Positions 46,450 to 56,548 are shown, counted from the first letter of the stretch. The stretch is DNA of 64,000 bases from Planctomycetota bacterium (GCA_050248855.1 JBFWRP010000003.1:156049-220048), one strand, 5' to 3'. Made by a program: numbers and translations. The notes: generated from the sequence alone by a model not told the origin.

Positions 46450-46607
46450 GCGGCGTGCGGCCGGGGGATGACCGACGCGTGACCGCGCGGCGCGGAGCGC
46501 TCGCAGGCCGCCCGCGAGGCCCCGGAGGGAAGGCAGGGGTCGAGGGGCGGCCAGCCCTAGAATGCCGCCTGCGACACGGGAGCGGGCAGGGCGTGCGGCG
46601 AGGCGCG

Positions 46608-49277
46608 GTGACATCCAGGGACCGCGTCCAGCCGAGCGCCCGAGGGCGCCTCGGCGGGCTGTTCGCGTGCCTCGGGCTGGCGCTGGCCGCGCTCGGCGCG
46701 GTGGCCGCCCTCGACCCGGACGAGTCCGCGGCCGAGGACCGGCGCCCGGAGCCCCTCGGCGTCGTGCCGGCCCCCCGCGAGGTCGTCGCCCCCGGCTGGA
46801 GGCGCCGAGCGGACGGCACCTGGGTCGAGGAGCGCGCAGCCCGCCGCCTCCCCGGCGGCGTCGTCCCGACGGCCGCGCCGGACGACGACCCGCTGCCTCC
46901 CGTCATCGACTACTCCGACGTGCCGGCGCTGGAACGGCCGGTCATCCGTCGCATCGAGCTCGTGGGCGCACGCCTCTACACCGTCGACAGCATCGAGACG
47001 CGCATGCGCAACAAGGTCGGGCGGCGCTTCGATCCCGTGGCCATGGAGGCCGACCTCGCCGAGCTCAGGCGGTTCTTCGCCGAGATCGAGGTGGTGCGCG
47101 AGGTCGTCCCCGGCGGCATCGTCCTGCGCCTGCTCGTGGCCGAGAACCCGCTGCTCGAGCGGCTCGTGATCCGGGGCAACGCCGAGCTGGACCTGGACGA
47201 GATCCGGCCGCTGCTGAGGACCCGCGAGGGGTACCCGCTGTCGCCGATCCACCTGGCGGCCGATCGCGACGACGTGGTGGCGGCGTACCGCATGCGCGGC
47301 TTCCGCTTCGCCGACGTGCCCGAGCCGCGCATCACGACCCTGCCCTCGGGCGGCCGCCAAGTCGACTTCATCATCGTCGAGGGGCCCAAGGTCGAGGTCT
47401 CCAAGGTCGTGTTCCGCGGCAACCGCTTCCTCTCCCGCGATGAGCTGATGGAGGTGATGCAGCTCCAGGAGCCCTCGTTCTTCGAGCGGCTGGCCAGCTC
47501 GATCGTGTACCGCGAGGACCTGCTGCGCGAGGACCTCGTGGCCATCCAGGAGGCCTACCGCGACGCGGGGTACCTGGACGCCGAGGCGGCCGTCGAGGAC
47601 TTGCGGTTCAGCGACGACAAGTCCGAGGTCGAGATCACGATCGCCGTCGACGAGGGCCGCCCGTACATGGTGGGTCGCATCGACGTGACCTTCGAGCGCG
47701 TGTCGCCCGGCGATGTCGGCGCCCCGCTGGCCTCCGACCTGGCGTTCTTCACGGAAGACCGCATCCGCAGCCTCTTCGGCGTGCCGAGCAACCAGCGCTG
47801 GGACGGCGAGAAGGCCCGCGAGGGCGTCCAGGCCATCCGCGAGGCCTACCTCGAGCGCTCCTTCCACGACGTCGTGATCCGCGGCCCGCAGCGCCGGGGT
47901 CGCTTGGAAGGCGCCGTCGTCGACGTGTCCCTCGTGATCGAGGAGGGCCCCAAGTTCCGCCTGTCGCGGATCGACTTCGTCGGCAACGAGTTCACCCGCG
48001 ACAACATCCTCCGCCGCGAGGTCGAGACGGCTCCCGGTGGCTACGTCGACGGCACCGAGCTCGAGCGGGGCCAGGCGCGCCTACGGCGCATGGGCTACTT
48101 CCAGCGCGCCGAGATGCGGCTGGCGGACACGGTGGGCCCCGACGGACGGCCCCTGCCCGGCTGGAAGACGGCCACGTACCAGATCGTGGAAGGCAGCACC
48201 GGCCAAGCCAACTTCGGCTTCCAGGTCGACCCCACGGGCAGTGGGGGCCTTGGCGCGTTCATCAACCTGCGCAAGCGCAACTTCGACATCGCGCGCTGGC
48301 CGACCTCGCTGGAGGACCTGACTTCGGGTCGCGCCTTCACGGGCGCCGGGCAGACCTTCGACATCCTCATCGCCCCCAGCACCGAGGAGACCACGTTCAA
48401 CGTGCGCTTCGTCGAGCCGCGGCTGTTCGGCAGCCGGCTCGGGTTCTCGGCGGCAGCCTTCCGGCGGCTCTCGTTCCGTGAGTCGCACGACGTGGACACG
48501 TACGGGTACTCGCTGGGCCTCTCCTACCCCCTGCTGCGCACGCGCGACGGGTCGCAGGCCCTCCTCGCCGAGGTGGCCTGGGAACACAAGTGGGTCGATC
48601 TCGAGGACATCGGCCCGCGCGCCGTGCCGGGCGTGTTCCTGTTCGCCGACCAGCACGAGCTGCGCAGCCTCACGGGCGGCCTGCGCTTCGCCACGATCGA
48701 CGACCTGAAGGAGCCGCGGCTCGAGACCAACACGTCGCTCGGCTACGAGGTGACGGGCGGCGGCCTCGGCGGTGACGTGGACTTCACGCGCTTCAGGGCC
48801 TCGCACTCGCAGACGCACACGCTCCACGTGGACGCGGACGGCGGCAAGCACCGCTTCACGCTCTCGGCCGACTTCACGGTGAGCGAGGCGTTCGACGACA
48901 CGCCGGAAGTACCGCCCTACGAGCGGGAGACCCTGGGTGGCCGCAACTTGCGCGGCTTCGAGTACCGCGGCGTCGGCCCGCGCGTGAACGGCAACCCCAC
49001 GGGGGGCGAGGTCGCCTGGCGCAGCTCGCTCGAGTACGAGATCCCGATTGCCGCCGACACGCTCGCCGGCGTGCTGTTCGCCGACTTCGGCGCCGTCGAG
49101 CCGACGTTCGACGACCTCGATCTCGACGACACGCGCCTTGGCGTGGGCTTCGGCATCCGCCTCAAGATCCCCATGCTCGGCGAGCGCCCGCTCGCCATCG
49201 ATTTCGGCTGGTCCATCCTGTCCAAGGACGATGACCGCGAACAGGTCCTCTCGTTCAGCTTCGGGCGGACCTTCTAG
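46608..49277 (+). CDS. bamA: Outer membrane protein assembly factor BamA
   Basis: About five POTRA repeats, LRGF motif, C-terminal FSFGRTF; start codon uncertain. Confidence 0.9.
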   Translation: MTSRDRVQPSARGRLGGLFACLGLALAALGAVAALDPDESAAEDRRPEPLGVVPAPREVVAPGWRRRADGTWVEERAARRLPGGVVPTAAPDDDPLPPVIDYSDVPALERPVIRRIELVGARLYTVDSIETRMRNKVGRRFDPVAMEADLAELRRFFAEIEVVREVVPGGIVLRLLVAENPLLERLVIRGNAELDLDEIRPLLRTREGYPLSPIHLAADRDDVVAAYRMRGFRFADVPEPRITTLPSGGRQVDFIIVEGPKVEVSKVVFRGNRFLSRDELMEVMQLQEPSFFERLASSIVYREDLLREDLVAIQEAYRDAGYLDAEAAVEDLRFSDDKSEVEITIAVDEGRPYMVGRIDVTFERVSPGDVGAPLASDLAFFTEDRIRSLFGVPSNQRWDGEKAREGVQAIREAYLERSFHDVVIRGPQRRGRLEGAVVDVSLVIEEGPKFRLSRIDFVGNEFTRDNILRREVETAPGGYVDGTELERGQARLRRMGYFQRAEMRLADTVGPDGRPLPGWKTATYQIVEGSTGQANFGFQVDPTGSGGLGAFINLRKRNFDIARWPTSLEDLTSGRAFTGAGQTFDILIAPSTEETTFNVRFVEPRLFGSRLGFSAAAFRRLSFRESHDVDTYGYSLGLSYPLLRTRDGSQALLAEVAWEHKWVDLEDIGPRAVPGVFLFADQHELRSLTGGLRFATIDDLKEPRLETNTSLGYEVTGGGLGGDVDFTRFRASHSQTHTLHVDADGGKHRFTLSADFTVSEAFDDTPEVPPYERETLGGRNLRGFEYRGVGPRVNGNPTGGEVAWRSSLEYEIPIAADTLAGVLFADFGAVEPTFDDLDLDDTRLGVGFGIRLKIPMLGERPLAIDFGWSILSKDDDREQVLSFSFGRTF

Positions 49278-49290
49278 GAAGGAGATTCCC

Positions 49291-49905
49291 ATGTCCTCGA
49301 TCCTCCGGTTGCGTACGGGGCTGCTGGGCCTCGCGCTCGCGGCCACGCTCGTCGGCGGCCGCGCCGCCTGGGCAGGCCCCGAGGTCGCCGTGGTCGACGT
49401 CACGCGCCTGCTCAACGAGCACCCCGAGAGCCAGGAGCTCGACAAGCGCCTGCGTCGGGCCCAGGAAGACGCGCAGGCCAACGCCGACGAACAGCGCAAG
49501 CTCATCGAGCAGGCCAAGCAGGAAGTCACCAAGCTGCAGGAGGCGGACCCCGAGCGCATCGTCAAGGAGCGCAACGTCGCGGTCATGCAGATGAACGCCG
49601 AGTTCAGCTACAAGTGGGCCCAGCAGCAGGCGCTGCGCGAGTACGCCGCTTCGCTCGAGACGCTCTACGCATCGGTGGTCACGCAGGTCAGCCGGTACGC
49701 GCGGGAGAACGGCATCAAGATCGTCTTGCAGCGCCGCGCGGACGAGCCCAAGGCCACCAACCCCGACGACTTCTTCCTGCGGCAGCGCTTGCGCGTCGTG
49801 GTCTTCGCCGATGCCGCGACGGACATCACCGAGCCGGTGCTGGCGCGGCTCAAGGCGCTGGCATCTCCGTCCCCGGACAACGGGGCGCCTCCCGCGGGCA
49901 ACTAG
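49291..49905 (+). CDS. skp: OmpH/Skp periplasmic chaperone
   Basis: Signal peptide, VAVVDV, coiled coil, DITEPVL; follows bamA. Confidence 0.85.
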   Translation: MSSILRLRTGLLGLALAATLVGGRAAWAGPEVAVVDVTRLLNEHPESQELDKRLRRAQEDAQANADEQRKLIEQAKQEVTKLQEADPERIVKERNVAVMQMNAEFSYKWAQQQALREYAASLETLYASVVTQVSRYARENGIKIVLQRRADEPKATNPDDFFLRQRLRVVVFADAATDITEPVLARLKALASPSPDNGAPPAGN

Positions 49906-49919
49906 GGCCGCTCGCCACC

Positions 49920-51236
49920 GTGCCCAGGCGCCAGCGCACCGTACGCCGCGAGGCCCAGGTCGAAGGTGTGGGACTCCACACCGGCGCCAGGGCCTCGCTC
50001 CGTATCGCGCCAGCGGGCCCGGACCACGGCGTGGTGTTCGTGCGCTCGGACCTGGAGAACGCGCCGCGCGTGCGCGCCCATTGGTCGCGGATCCGGGAGC
50101 GCGAGCGGCGGACGGCGCTGGTGGGGGAGCACGACGCCGAGGTCCACACCGTCGAGCACTTCCTCGCCGCGCTCCAGGGCCTGGGGGTGGACAACCTCGA
50201 AGTCACCCTTTCGGGCCCGGAATGTCCGGGCATCGACGGCAGCGCCCTCGCCTACCTCGACCTGGTCGACCGCGCGGAGATCGTCGAGCAAGACGCGCCG
50301 CGGGCCGAGGTGCGCGTGCGGCGTCCGCTGGTGGTGGACACGGGGCGGGGCGCCTCGCTCACGGCCTTTCCCGCCTCGGGAGAGGGCCTGACCATCGCCT
50401 ACAGCCTGCACTACGACCTGGCCGCGCTGGGTAGCCAGCACGTCAGCCTGGACATGACGCCCGAGACGTTCCGCCAGCAGATCGCGCCGGCCCGGACGTT
50501 CTGCCTCGCGGAGGAGGCCGAGGCGCTGCGCGCAGCGGGCCTTGGCAAGGGTGCGGACCACTCGAACACCCTGGTGTTCGGCCCCGACGGCCTGGTCGAG
50601 GGGACCTTGCGCTTCCCGGACGAGCCTGCCCGCCACAAGGCGCTGGACCTGCTCGGCGACCTCTACCTGCTGGGGGCGGACATCGTGGGCCACGTCGCGG
50701 CCTACCGCACCGGCCACGCCGCCAACCTGGCCTTGGTAAAGGTGCTCGCCGATCACGAGGACGAGGCGCGGGGGGCGGCGCCGGGGCCCCGGGGCCCTGC
50801 GCTCGGGCCTGCGCAGGTGCGTCGCATCCTGCCGCACCGCTATCCCTTCCTGCTCGTGGACCGCGTGATCGAGCTGGATGGGTTCACGCGCGCCGTGGGC
50901 ATCAAGAACGTCAGCGTGAACGAGCCGTTCTTCGTGGGCCATTACCCCGAGGAGCCGATCATGCCCGGCGTGCTGATCCTCGAGGCGATGGCCCAGCTGG
51001 CCGGCATCCTGCTGCTGCGCAAGCTCGAGCTGTCGGGCAAGATCCCCGTCTTGCTGTCGATCGACCGGGTCAAGTTCCGACGCGCGGTCGTCCCGGGCGA
51101 CCAGATCCGCATGGAGGCGTTCACGCTGCGGCTCTCCGCGGGGCGGGGTCGCATCCGCGCGCGCTCCACCGTGGACGGCGAGCTGGTCAGCGAAGCCCGC
51201 CTCAACTTCGCGCTGACGGAGGCGCCCCGTTCGTGA
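49920..51236 (+). CDS. lpxC: Bifunctional LpxC-FabZ fusion
   Basis: QRT, GVGLHTG, TVEH, DGSA, RHKALDLLGDL, then LPHRYPFLLVDR, GHYP..PIMPGVLILEAMAQ. Confidence 0.94.
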   Translation: MPRRQRTVRREAQVEGVGLHTGARASLRIAPAGPDHGVVFVRSDLENAPRVRAHWSRIRERERRTALVGEHDAEVHTVEHFLAALQGLGVDNLEVTLSGPECPGIDGSALAYLDLVDRAEIVEQDAPRAEVRVRRPLVVDTGRGASLTAFPASGEGLTIAYSLHYDLAALGSQHVSLDMTPETFRQQIAPARTFCLAEEAEALRAAGLGKGADHSNTLVFGPDGLVEGTLRFPDEPARHKALDLLGDLYLLGADIVGHVAAYRTGHAANLALVKVLADHEDEARGAAPGPRGPALGPAQVRRILPHRYPFLLVDRVIELDGFTRAVGIKNVSVNEPFFVGHYPEEPIMPGVLILEAMAQLAGILLLRKLELSGKIPVLLSIDRVKFRRAVVPGDQIRMEAFTLRLSAGRGRIRARSTVDGELVSEARLNFALTEAPRS

Positions 51237-52036
51237 CGACCACGATCCACCCCACCGCGGTCGTGGACCCGGCGGCCACCCTGGCCGAAGGCGTGGAGAT
51301 CGGCGCGTACGCCGTCGTCGAGGGTCCGGCCGTGCTGGGAGAGGGCACGCGCCTGATGCCCCACGCCATGGTGCTCGGCCACACGCGCGTCGGACGGGAG
51401 AACGTGCTCTACCCCGGCTGCGTGCTCGGCGCCGACCCCCAGGACCTCAAGCACCGGGGCGAACCGACGCGCCTGGAGATCGGGGACCGCAACCGCTTCC
51501 GCGAGCACGTCACGGTGCACGCCGGGACGGTCAAGGGCGGTGGGATCACGCGCGTCGGCTCCGACGGCCTGTTCATGGCCGGCTGCCACGTCGCCCACGA
51601 CGCCGAGGTCGGGGACCGGGTGATCCTGGCCAACAACGTGCTCCTGGCCGGCCACGTGCGGGTGCAGGACGGCGCGATCCTGAACGGAGCGGCCGCCTGC
51701 CACCACTTCACGACCGTCGGTCGCCTGGCCTACGTGGGGGGGCTGTCCCGGATCACCCAGGACGTGCCCCCCTTCTCCATCGTCGAGGGCCACCCGGCCA
51801 GGATCCGGGGCTGCAACGTGGTGGGTCTCCGGCGGTCGGGCGTGGCCGAGGACGCCGTCCTGCGCGTCCGGGACGCCATCCGCTCGATTTTCCTGTCGAG
51901 ATCCACGACGGCCGCGGCTGCAATGAGGGCCTTGGAGGCCGAGCATCCGGAGGACCCGCTGATCGCGGAGGTGCTCGGCTTCATCCGAGCGGCAGGCGCT
52001 GGACGGCAGGGCAGGGCGCGCGAGGCCCCGCGCTGA
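51233..52036 (+). CDS. lpxA: Acyl-ACP--UDP-GlcNAc O-acyltransferase LpxA
   Basis: IHPTAVVD, PQDLK, HVAHD, LAGHV, QDVPPF. Confidence 0.95.
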   Translation: MTTTIHPTAVVDPAATLAEGVEIGAYAVVEGPAVLGEGTRLMPHAMVLGHTRVGRENVLYPGCVLGADPQDLKHRGEPTRLEIGDRNRFREHVTVHAGTVKGGGITRVGSDGLFMAGCHVAHDAEVGDRVILANNVLLAGHVRVQDGAILNGAAACHHFTTVGRLAYVGGLSRITQDVPPFSIVEGHPARIRGCNVVGLRRSGVAEDAVLRVRDAIRSIFLSRSTTAAAAMRALEAEHPEDPLIAEVLGFIRAAGAGRQGRAREAPR

Positions 52037-52129
52037 CGGCCGGCGTCGCCACCGACGGGGAGGTCGGTGGCCGTCGCAGGACCGCAAATCCAGCGGAACC
52101 ACGAAGACACGAAGACTGGGAAGGCAACT

Positions 52130-53200
52130 GTGAACGGACCGGCGCAGGCGGCGGCCCCCATCCGGGCTGCCGTCATCGGCGTGGGCAGCTTCGGACGCCA
52201 CCACGCCCGCATCTACGACGAGCTGCGGCCCGCCGGCGTGGAGCTGGTGGGTCTCGTCGACATCGACGACCAGGGCCCTCGGCCCCTGGCCGAGCGTCTC
52301 GGCGTGCCGCTCGTGCGCTCGGCCGGTGAGCTCCCGGGCCGCGTCGACGTCGTCAGCGTGGCGACGCCCACCAGCGAGCACGAGCGGGTCGCCGTCCCGC
52401 TGCTCGCCCGCGGCGTGCACTGCCTGGTCGAGAAGCCCGCCGGGGGCAGCACCGAGGCCGTCGCGCGCCTGCGCAAGGCCGCCGACGAAGGGCGCGCCCA
52501 CCTGCAGATCGGCATGGTCGAGCGCTACAACCCGGTGCTCGACGCGCTGAAGTCCCTGCCCGGTGAGCCGCTGTACGTCGAAGTCCAGCGCCTCTCGCCG
52601 CCCACGCCGCGGGTCACCGACGTGGGGGTCGTCCTGGACCTGATGATCCATGACCTCGACCTGCTCGGTCGGGTCGTCGGCCGCAACGTGATCGACGTCC
52701 GCGCGACCGGCGTCCGCCTGCTCGGGGCCCACGAGGACGTCGCCAGCGCGCGGGTCACGTTCGAGGGCGGCTGCGTCGCCCAGATCACGGCCAGCCGCGT
52801 CGCCGAGACCCGCTGCCGCATGCTCCGGGTCTTCAGCCGCCACGGGTACCTGGTGCTCGACTGCGACCGCCAGGAGGCGCGCCGCGTCGAGCCGGTGCCC
52901 GGGCCGGGGGCCGGGGACTGGGCCCTGCGCGTGGCCCACCTCATGCGACAGGGCCTGGAAGGCCCGGCTCTGGTGCCCACGGGCGGGGGCGGGGGCGCGG
53001 AGGACGGCCTCGCGTCGTGGCCGGTGGCCATCGGCCGCCGAGAGCCCTTGAAAGCCGAGATCGAGGACTGGCTCGCCTGCGTCCGCACCGGTCGCCGCCC
53101 CGAGGTGGACGGCGAGGCCGCGTGGCGCGCGCTGGCCCTGGCCGAGCGGATCCTGGGCTCCATCGAGCGCCGCGGGCTGGGCCCGGTCGCCGCTTCGTAG
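52130..53200 (+). CDS. Gfo/Idh/MocA oxidoreductase (GnnA-like by position)
   Basis: GVGSFGRHH, VEKP, ERYNP, DLMIHDLD, ASR; directly after lpxA. Confidence 0.85.
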   Translation: MNGPAQAAAPIRAAVIGVGSFGRHHARIYDELRPAGVELVGLVDIDDQGPRPLAERLGVPLVRSAGELPGRVDVVSVATPTSEHERVAVPLLARGVHCLVEKPAGGSTEAVARLRKAADEGRAHLQIGMVERYNPVLDALKSLPGEPLYVEVQRLSPPTPRVTDVGVVLDLMIHDLDLLGRVVGRNVIDVRATGVRLLGAHEDVASARVTFEGGCVAQITASRVAETRCRMLRVFSRHGYLVLDCDRQEARRVEPVPGPGAGDWALRVAHLMRQGLEGPALVPTGGGGGAEDGLASWPVAIGRREPLKAEIEDWLACVRTGRRPEVDGEAAWRALALAERILGSIERRGLGPVAAS

Positions 53201-53223
53201 CCTCCCGACGGGCGTCCGCAGCG

Positions 53224-53264
53224 TTGACGTCGGGGGGCGGGGGCCTACACTCGCCCGCTTCCCC
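53224..53264 (+). promoter_or_regulatory. rpsB sigma70 promoter
   Basis: TTGACG-16 nt-TACACT followed by GC-rich CGCCCGC. Confidence 0.78.
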
Positions 53265-53317
53265 CGGGTTCCTGCGCTGGAGCGCGGATGGACCCCTCTC
53301 CCGGACGAGGACCGACC

Positions 53318-54247
53318 TTGGCAACCATCACCGTCGACGAGCTGCTCGAGAACGGCGTGCACTTCGGCCACCGCGCCAGCCGGTGGAACCCGAAGATGAA
53401 GCCGTACATCCATGGCCGGCGCAACGACATCCACATCATCGACCTCAAGCAGACCCTCAAGGGTCTGCTGCGCGCCGCCCACGTGCTCGAGAACGTCGTC
53501 GCCGAGGGGGGCAGCGTGCTCTGGGTCGGCACGAAGCGTTCGGCGCGCGAAGCCGTGCGCGGCATCGCCGTCCGTACGCGCCAACCGTACGTGACCGAGC
53601 GCTGGCTCGGCGGCACGCTGACCAACTTCCGCACCATCCGCAGCCGTCTCGGTCGCCTCAACGAGCTCGAGCAGCTCGAGGAGAGCGGTACGCTCGCCCT
53701 CTTCAAGAAGAAGGAGCAGGCGCGGCTGCGCACGGAGCACAAGAAGCTCCGCAAGAACCTCGACGGCATCCGTGACCTCGAGCACTTGCCCGCCATCCTG
53801 GTCGTCGTCGACCCCAAGAACGAGCACATCGCGGTCGCCGAAGCCAACAAGATGCAGATCCCCGTGATCGCGATCCTCGACACGGACTGCGACCCGGACA
53901 CCGTCGACATCGCGATCCCCGCCAACGACGACGCGATGCGCAGCGTGCGCGTGCTCCTCAACGTCCTCGCCGACGGCGTGGACGAGGGCAACAAGCGCTG
54001 GCAGGTCGTGGTCGGCGAGCAGCAGAAGCAGGTCGAAGCCCAGCGTCGCGAGCAGGAAGCCCGCCGCGAGCAGGAGCGCCAGCGCGCCGAGGTCACCGAG
54101 CAGTGGCAGAAGCGCCTGCGCGAGGACGCCGAGCGCAAGCGTCGCGGTCCCGGCGAGGACTCCGGCGAGTCCGGCGACGCGAGCAGCGACGACCCCCAGC
54201 CCGTCCCGGGTGACGCAGGGTCCTCCGAAGACGCCGGCACGGCCTAG
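53318..54247 (+). CDS. rpsB: 30S ribosomal protein S2 with a long charged C-terminal extension
   Basis: GVHFGH, WNPKM, VGTK, RWLGGTLTN, DTDCDP, PANDD; TTG start after GAGG. Confidence 0.96.
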   Translation: MATITVDELLENGVHFGHRASRWNPKMKPYIHGRRNDIHIIDLKQTLKGLLRAAHVLENVVAEGGSVLWVGTKRSAREAVRGIAVRTRQPYVTERWLGGTLTNFRTIRSRLGRLNELEQLEESGTLALFKKKEQARLRTEHKKLRKNLDGIRDLEHLPAILVVVDPKNEHIAVAEANKMQIPVIAILDTDCDPDTVDIAIPANDDAMRSVRVLLNVLADGVDEGNKRWQVVVGEQQKQVEAQRREQEARREQERQRAEVTEQWQKRLREDAERKRRGPGEDSGESGDASSDDPQPVPGDAGSSEDAGTA

Positions 54248-54364
54248 GCCGGAGCCCTGGCCGTCCGAGGCCGTCTTCCTGGGTGTCCGGGACCCGCTCC
54301 CGGCCTTCCGGGCTGGCGGTCCGTCCCCTACCCTTTGCCCACCCCTGACATAGAGGACAGCACG

Positions 54365-55222
54365 ATGGAGATCTCGGCCAAGGACGTCATGGCGCTGCGC
54401 AAGGCCAGCGGCATGGGGATGATGGAGTGCAAGAAGGCGCTGGAAGAGGCCGGCGGCGACTTCGAGAAGGCTTTCGAGATCCTGCGCAAGCGTGGCCTCA
54501 AGGCGGCCGAGAAGAAGGCGGACCGTGCCACCGCCGAGGGCCTCGTCGGCCACGCCATGTCGGCGGACGGCCACACGGGCACCATGCTGCTCGTCCTCTG
54601 CGAGACCGAGCCCGTCAAGAACACGGCGATGTTCCAGGAGTTCGTCGCAACGGTCACCAAGCTGGCGGCGGACAAGGCCCCCGCCGACCTCGACGCACTG
54701 CTCGCCCTGGCATGGCCCGGCGACGACGGCGACACGGTCGACGCCGCGCTCAAGACCCTGATCGGCAAGATCGGCGAGAACATGCGCGTCAGCGGCTACA
54801 AGCGCCTTGCCGTCCGCGAGGGCGTCGTGGGCGCCTACGTGCACCACGACAAGAAGAGCGGGGCCCTCGTGGCCCTCGAAGGCAAGTCCGGCGACGACGT
54901 CGCCGACTTCGCCAAGCAGCTCTGCATGCACATCGTGTTCAGCAAGCCCACGGCGCTGGATCGCGATGAGATCCCCGAGGCCGACGTCCAGCGCGAGCTG
55001 GAGTTCCTGCGCCAGCAGGCCCAGGAGGACGAGTCCTTGAAGGGCAAGCCGGAGAAGGCCGTCGAGGGGATCATCCAGGGTCGTCTCTCGAAGAACTTCT
55101 TCGGGTCGCGTGTGCTCACCGAGCAGCCCTGGTTCAGCGACAACAGCAAGCGCGTCGCCGACCACCTGAAGGCGCACGGCGTCCAGGTGAAGGGCTTCGC
55201 CTTCTTCCAGCCGGGCGCCTGA
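54365..55222 (+). CDS. tsf: Elongation factor Ts
   Basis: LRKASGMGMMECKKAL, KIGENM, MHI, KP; rpsB-tsf-pyrH-frr order. Confidence 0.95.
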   Translation: MEISAKDVMALRKASGMGMMECKKALEEAGGDFEKAFEILRKRGLKAAEKKADRATAEGLVGHAMSADGHTGTMLLVLCETEPVKNTAMFQEFVATVTKLAADKAPADLDALLALAWPGDDGDTVDAALKTLIGKIGENMRVSGYKRLAVREGVVGAYVHHDKKSGALVALEGKSGDDVADFAKQLCMHIVFSKPTALDRDEIPEADVQRELEFLRQQAQEDESLKGKPEKAVEGIIQGRLSKNFFGSRVLTEQPWFSDNSKRVADHLKAHGVQVKGFAFFQPGA

Positions 55223-55226
55223 TCGC

Positions 55227-55979
55227 GTGGCGGCGCTGGGTGGCTGGCGGCGGGTCCTGCTCAAGGTCTCGGGCGAGGCCTTGGGCGGGTCGTCCCGTCC
55301 CATCGACCCGGAGGGCCTGGGCCCGCTGACCACGGCCATCGCCGAGGCATGGCACGAGGGCGTCCAGATCGCCATCGTGGGCGGCGGCGGCAACATCCTG
55401 CGCGGCGCGCAGACCCGCATGCCGGGTCTCGGTCGTACGGCCGCGGACACCATGGGCATGCTCGCCACGGTGATCAACGCGATCGCCTTGCAGGAGGTGC
55501 TCGAGAGCGCAGGCGTGCCCACGCGCGTCATGACTGCCATCGAGATGAAGGCCGTCGCCGAGCCCTACATCCGCCGTCGCGCGCTTCGTCACCTCGAGAA
55601 GCGCCGCGTGGTCATCCTGGCCGGCGGGACGGGCCACCCGTACTTCAGCACCGACACGGCTGCGGCCCTCCGCGGCGTCGAGCTGGAGGTGGACGCGCTG
55701 CTCAAGGGGACCCAGGTGGACGGGGTCTACGACAAGGACCCCAAACGCCACGCGGACGCGCGCCGGTTCGCCGAGATCACGTTCGACGAGGTGCTTGCGC
55801 ACAAGATCCAGGTCATGGACCGCACGGCGTTCACGCTCTGTGACGAGCAGCGACTGCCCATCGTGGTCTTCGAGATGGGGGTACCCGGCAATCTCACGCG
55901 GCTGATCCGCGGCGAGAACGTGGGTACCTTGATCCGCCATGCCGCGGCCGTCCCGGCCGCCGAGACCGGGGAGGCCTGA
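55227..55979 (+). CDS. pyrH: UMP kinase
   Basis: LLKVSGEAL, GGGNI, MGMLAT, PYFSTDT, VDGVYDKDP. Confidence 0.96.
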   Translation: MAALGGWRRVLLKVSGEALGGSSRPIDPEGLGPLTTAIAEAWHEGVQIAIVGGGGNILRGAQTRMPGLGRTAADTMGMLATVINAIALQEVLESAGVPTRVMTAIEMKAVAEPYIRRRALRHLEKRRVVILAGGTGHPYFSTDTAAALRGVELEVDALLKGTQVDGVYDKDPKRHADARRFAEITFDEVLAHKIQVMDRTAFTLCDEQRLPIVVFEMGVPGNLTRLIRGENVGTLIRHAAAVPAAETGEA

Positions 55980-55981
55980 CC

Positions 55982-56542
55982 ATGGACGCCGACGAGATCC
56001 TGATGGACGCCGAAGAGCGCATGGAGGCCGCCGTCAGCCACTTGGCGGGCGAGCTCTCGGGCCTGCGCTCGGGTCGCGCCAGCCCCGCGCTCGTCGACCG
56101 CTTGCAGGTCGAAGCCTACGGCACGGCCACGCCGCTCTCGCAGCTGGCCCAGATCGGCTGCCCCGAGCCGCGCCAGATCCTGATCAAGCCGTACGACCCC
56201 TCGATCATCAAGGACATCGAGCGCGCCATCCAGAGCAGCGACCTGGGGCTGAACCCCAGCTCGGACGGCAAGGTCATCCGCCTCAACCTGCCGCCCTTGA
56301 GCGAGGAGCGCCGCAAGCAGCTCGCCAAGGTCGTCAAGGACAATGGCGAGAAGACGCACATCTCGATCCGCAACGTGCGCCGCGACGCCAACAAGCACGC
56401 CGACACGGCGCAGGCCGACAAGGTCCTGACGCAGGACGACTGCGCCCGGCTCAAGGACGAGATCCAGGACCTGACCAAGCGTTACGAGGGCAAGGTCGAC
56501 GACATCGTCAAGAAGAAGACCGAAGCGTTGATGGAAGTCTGA
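55982..56542 (+). CDS. frr: Ribosome recycling factor
   Basis: RSGRA, LGLNP, PPLSEERRK, IRNVRRD. Confidence 0.96.
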   Translation: MDADEILMDAEERMEAAVSHLAGELSGLRSGRASPALVDRLQVEAYGTATPLSQLAQIGCPEPRQILIKPYDPSIIKDIERAIQSSDLGLNPSSDGKVIRLNLPPLSEERRKQLAKVVKDNGEKTHISIRNVRRDANKHADTAQADKVLTQDDCARLKDEIQDLTKRYEGKVDDIVKKKTEALMEV

Positions 56543-56548
56543 CCGCGG

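Noticed and set aside
50942..55540. 1532-aa antisense ORF over lpxA-rpsB-tsf
   Set aside because: Same artefact; it overlaps unambiguous housekeeping genes
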